IMG/VR virus record: IMGVR_UViG_3300045988_005808
Location: 1-25,563 of that record
Strand: one strand, 5' to 3'
Length of the DNA: 25,563 bases
DNA from: a virus
The translations under genes and the position numbers were made by a program. The first letter of the stretch is position 1; each line of letters begins with the position of its first letter. Under the pieces are notes generated by a model, which was not told where the DNA came from, ran no database searches, and saw only the letters and a program-made list of their open reading frames with translations. Positions 23,094-25,563 of this stretch are shown here, one piece after another.

Positions 23094-23747
23094 ATGGAGA
23101 AATCAGTATTTCAAACATTAAATGAAATCAATGTTAATGACAAGGTTGAAAAAAAGAATAATCTTAGTTATCTGTCATGGGCATGGGCATGGGGAGAAGT
23201 AAAGAAGAAATATCCAAATGCTCAATATAAAATTTATGAGCGTGAATCAGATTATGGACCTATTAATTATTTCACAGATGGAAGAACGGCATGGGTTAAG
23301 ACAAGTGTAATCATTGAGGGACTAGAACACATTGAAGAATTGCCTGTAATGGATTACAAGAACAAATCAATTACACTTGATAAGTTGACTTCATTTGATG
23401 TAAACAAAGCAATTCAAAGAAGCTTAACAAAAGCAATCGCAAGACATGGTTTAGGCTTATACATTTATGCAGGTGAAGATTTACCGGAAGAAGATAAGAA
23501 AAAGGAACTAGAGCCAAAAGAAGAAACGGTTAAGAAATTTGTTGCAATGCAAACGGAAATGAATGAATTAGGAATTGACTTTAGAGAACAATATGCAAGT
23601 TGGATTCTTAAACATTCAAATTGTGAATCACAAGATTTGCAGAAGCTAAATGAACCTCAATTGCAATCAACTATTAAAGCTTATGGAACATTAATCAAAG
23701 GCTATAAAGAAAAGATTGCGAGGGCAAGGAATAAAGAAAAGAGATAA
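23094..23747 (+). CDS. Rad52-like single-strand annealing protein (DUF1071/Sak-type)
   Basis: LSYLSWAWAWGEVKKKYP...LPVMDYKNKSI...NKAIQRSLTKAIARHGLGLYIYAGEDLPEE matches the remembered DUF1071/Sak signature. Confidence 0.8.
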   Translation: MEKSVFQTLNEINVNDKVEKKNNLSYLSWAWAWGEVKKKYPNAQYKIYERESDYGPINYFTDGRTAWVKTSVIIEGLEHIEELPVMDYKNKSITLDKLTSFDVNKAIQRSLTKAIARHGLGLYIYAGEDLPEEDKKKELEPKEETVKKFVAMQTEMNELGIDFREQYASWILKHSNCESQDLQKLNEPQLQSTIKAYGTLIKGYKEKIARARNKEKR

Positions 23748-24024
23748 GTCAATCTTACAAAAAGATATGTCTAAGTGCTATGTGTGTGGTTCAACTTTAG
23801 ATTTACATACACATGAGATTTATTTCGGCACTGCAAATAGAAAAAAGTCTATTGAGCATGGTTGTTATGTACGTTTATGCGCTAGACATCACAACATGAG
23901 CAGTGAAGGAGTACATTTTAATCATAAATTAGACATGAAGTTAAAAAAGGAATGCCAACAGGCATTTGAGAAAACAAACACAAGAAAGGAGTTTATGGAT
24001 ATATTTCATAAAAACTACTTATAA
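23731..24024 (+). CDS. Small Cys/His-rich HNH-like phage protein; start uncertain
   Basis: CYVCGS...HTHEIYFGTANRKKSIEHGCYVRLCARHHN...GVHFN is the C..CG...H.H.i.G.anRk.S...G....LC..HH pattern of small phage HNH-like proteins. ATA 23731 lies 6 nt after GAGGG. ATG 23767 has no SD. Confidence 0.55.
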   Translation: MKKRDKSILQKDMSKCYVCGSTLDLHTHEIYFGTANRKKSIEHGCYVRLCARHHNMSSEGVHFNHKLDMKLKKECQQAFEKTNTRKEFMDIFHKNYL

Positions 24025-24034
24025 GGAGGCAAAT

Positions 24035-24265
24035 ATGCATTCATACAACGTAATTAGAAATCAAGAAAATTACCCAAGAGAAATCTATTATTCACAAGCT
24101 AAAAGGATTGAGGATTTAGAAAATTACATCATGGATGAGAATTTCAATCCGTATCAAGATTCTTGGACGGATGTTAACAGGATGAAAGAGCTAGGAATTA
24201 CAGAAGAGCAAATGGAATTTTTCAGAATTCAGAAATTTGAAGAAATGGAGCAAATGAGATTTTGA
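24035..24265 (+). CDS. Hypothetical early protein
   Basis: ATG after AAGGAGG. Confidence 0.65.
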   Translation: MHSYNVIRNQENYPREIYYSQAKRIEDLENYIMDENFNPYQDSWTDVNRMKELGITEEQMEFFRIQKFEEMEQMRF

Positions 24266-24813
24266 AAACGAAGTTGATAGGTAACTTCATCCGAAAATCA
24301 AGAAATGAAGATGGAAACCTAGAAATAACATTTGAATTAACTGAGCCAATATACGAATCATACGCTCAGACGCTCGAAAAAGGAGCATACAGCGTGATTA
24401 TTGATTCTGTTAAGCATTTACGTACTAACAATCAAAATCGGCTTATGTGGGCACTAATCAAGGAAATAAGTGAAAACGAAAACGCAAGCTACAACGATAC
24501 ATGGGATATGTACTGCGAGTTCTTGAGAATGGCAAAAGCCTTATATACATATGTTTCAGTTGTTAAAGAAGGCTATGACGAATTGTGCCGAGCACATGGA
24601 GTTAGAGCAGTACAGGCGTTAGGTACAGAAATAAGAAATAACGGAAAAGAATTTGTTAATTGTAGAGTATTTCTAGGTTCATCACAAATGGACACAAAAC
24701 AAATGGGAGTCTTAATTGATTGCATATTAGATTATGCGGAACAATTAGGAATCAACACTCAATATTATTTAGATAAAGGAATCAAGGTGGAAGAAAATAA
24801 AATTTGTAATTAA
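24262..24813 (+). CDS. NinB/Orf-like recombination mediator
   Basis: LRTNNQNRLMWALIKEISE resembles the lambda NinB core RSLDQNRKLWACLGDVSRQ. TTG start overlaps the upstream stop. Confidence 0.55.
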   Translation: MKTKLIGNFIRKSRNEDGNLEITFELTEPIYESYAQTLEKGAYSVIIDSVKHLRTNNQNRLMWALIKEISENENASYNDTWDMYCEFLRMAKALYTYVSVVKEGYDELCRAHGVRAVQALGTEIRNNGKEFVNCRVFLGSSQMDTKQMGVLIDCILDYAEQLGINTQYYLDKGIKVEENKICN

Positions 24814-25174
24814 AGGAAAACTAGATGGATTGAATGAATATATTAATGCTTGCAGAACAAATCGTTACAAAGGAGCAGAAATGAAGAAAAAGAATGAGCG
24901 ATTAGTTATGGCCTATATCTTACAGGCAGTAAATTTCGGTGAAATTTACGAAGTTAAGGACTACCCAATTAAACTAAATATTAATTGGTATGAACCGAAT
25001 TCAAGACGTGATGTTGATAACGTAACATTTGCAACTAAATTCATTCAAGATTCATTAGTTAGAGCAGGAATACTTGAGGATGATTCAAGAAAATACATTA
25101 ATCAAGTGAGTCATTCAGTATTTACAGATAAACAAAATCCAAGGATAGAAGTAGAAATTCTAGGGGGTGATTAG
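24797..25174 (+). CDS. rusA: RusA-family Holliday junction resolvase; ATA start
   Basis: RRDVDNVTFATKFIQDSLVRAGILEDDSRKYI is the RusA D.DN...K...D.L....i..DD motif. From ATA 24797 (AAGGTGGA 5 nt upstream) the N-terminus is MKFVIKGKLDGLNEYINACR, the usual RusA beginning. TTG 24830 would remove it. Confidence 0.8.
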   Translation: MKFVIKGKLDGLNEYINACRTNRYKGAEMKKKNERLVMAYILQAVNFGEIYEVKDYPIKLNINWYEPNSRRDVDNVTFATKFIQDSLVRAGILEDDSRKYINQVSHSVFTDKQNPRIEVEILGGD

Positions 25175-25175
25175 A

Positions 25176-25541
25176 ATAGCAGAACCAAAGAAATCGTATT
25201 GCGCAATAATACCTGCAGAAGTTCGATATGATGAAGAATTGCCACCAAACGCAAAACTATTGTATGGAGAAATTACATCATTATGTAATGAAAAAGGATA
25301 TTGTTGGGCAACAAATCAATATTTCGCAGATTTATATAAAGTTTCTAAAATTACAGTAAGTAGATGGATTAGCACTCTTAATAAAAAAGGATATATTTCA
25401 GTAGAAGCACTATATAAAGAAGGAACAAAAGAAATTATCGGAAGACATTTGTATATTGTTAATACCCTATTAACAAAAATGTTAATAGGTATATACAAAA
25501 ATGTTAATACCCTATTAACAAAAATGTTAATACCCTATTAA
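25176..25541 (+). CDS. Replication initiator / replisome organiser-like HTH protein; SD-favoured ATA start
   Basis: LPPNAKLLYGEITSLCNEKGYCWATNQYFADLYKVSKITVSRWISTLNKKGYISVE is an HTH_36/DnaD-like initiator N-terminal domain. The GTG at 25167 is inside the SD (AGGGGGTG). ATA 25176 follows 8 nt later. The 3' end runs into the iterons. Confidence 0.65.
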   Translation: MAEPKKSYCAIIPAEVRYDEELPPNAKLLYGEITSLCNEKGYCWATNQYFADLYKVSKITVSRWISTLNKKGYISVEALYKEGTKEIIGRHLYIVNTLLTKMLIGIYKNVNTLLTKMLIPY

Positions 25542-25563
25542 CAAAAATGTTAAAGATAATAAT
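25458..25563 (+). repeat. Tandem 23-bp iterons (putative origin of replication)
   Basis: GTTAATACCCTATTAACAAAAAT occurs at 25458, 25503 and 25526. A 22-nt variant is at 25481 and a partial unit at 25549. Each unit contains the palindrome GTTAATA-ccc-TATTAAC. The array runs to the window edge. Confidence 0.85.

Noticed and set aside
4191-25178. ATA starts as a sequencing or base-calling artefact (G read as A in ATG).
   Set aside because: Flanking contexts differ, and many ATG starts and ATGA overlaps are intact. The matching UAU anticodon gives a biological explanation. Raw reads should still be checked.
736-25498. All minus-strand ORFs in the track (60-151 aa; for example 736-1191, 9438-9806, 9858-10214, 15301-15552).
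   Set aside because: Each lies entirely inside a well-supported + strand gene. They lack SD sequences and have low-complexity, hydrophobic shadow-frame compositions.
1-25563. Alternative genetic code (for example code 4, where ATA initiates and TGA encodes Trp).
   Set aside because: TGA clearly terminates genes here. It forms the ATGA stop/start overlaps at 2879, 4529, 13496 and 14799, and the stops at 3205 and 4189.
25458-25563. The 23-bp repeats as a CRISPR array.
   Set aside because: The units are contiguous with no spacers, are shorter than typical CRISPR repeats, and sit in an initiator gene. They are iterons.

Overview
AT-rich segment of a tailed dsDNA phage. All credible genes are on the + strand, with strong AGGAGG-type Shine-Dalgarno (SD) sites typical of Bacillota. 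Gene order: end of an early/accessory block (HNH/NUMOD-like, Zn-ribbon+DUF3310-like, dimeric dUTPase-like, SSB, ArpU/RinA-like late activator); a tRNA-like gene with a structured tail; packaging (ParB-like, TerS, TerL, portal); a displaced fibre/XkdX-like module; head (MuF/minor-capsid-2-like, scaffold, major capsid); connectors; tail (major tail, chaperones, tape measure, Dit, short Tal-like); lysis (holin, CHAP endolysin); a strong terminator; an early promoter/operator region; early recombination and replication genes (Rad52-like SSAP, NinB-like, RusA, HTH initiator) ending in tandem 23-bp iterons. No integrase or repressor is visible. Headline: about 14 genes have a well-spaced SD followed by an in-frame ATA. 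For 8 of them (portal, two fibre proteins, major capsid, tape measure, Dit, RusA, one small ORF) no ATG/GTG/TTG exists at the plausible N-terminus. The phage also encodes a tRNA-like gene at 3232-3307 with anticodon UAU, complementary to AUA. It carries bacterial initiator-tRNA hallmarks: unpaired 1:72 with A72/A73, G2:C71, C3:G70, A11:U24, and an AGGUC variable loop. I propose a phage-encoded AUA-reading initiator tRNA coupled to AUA start codons, enriched in late genes. This rests on hand folding and hand translation only. All family names come from remembered motifs, not searches.
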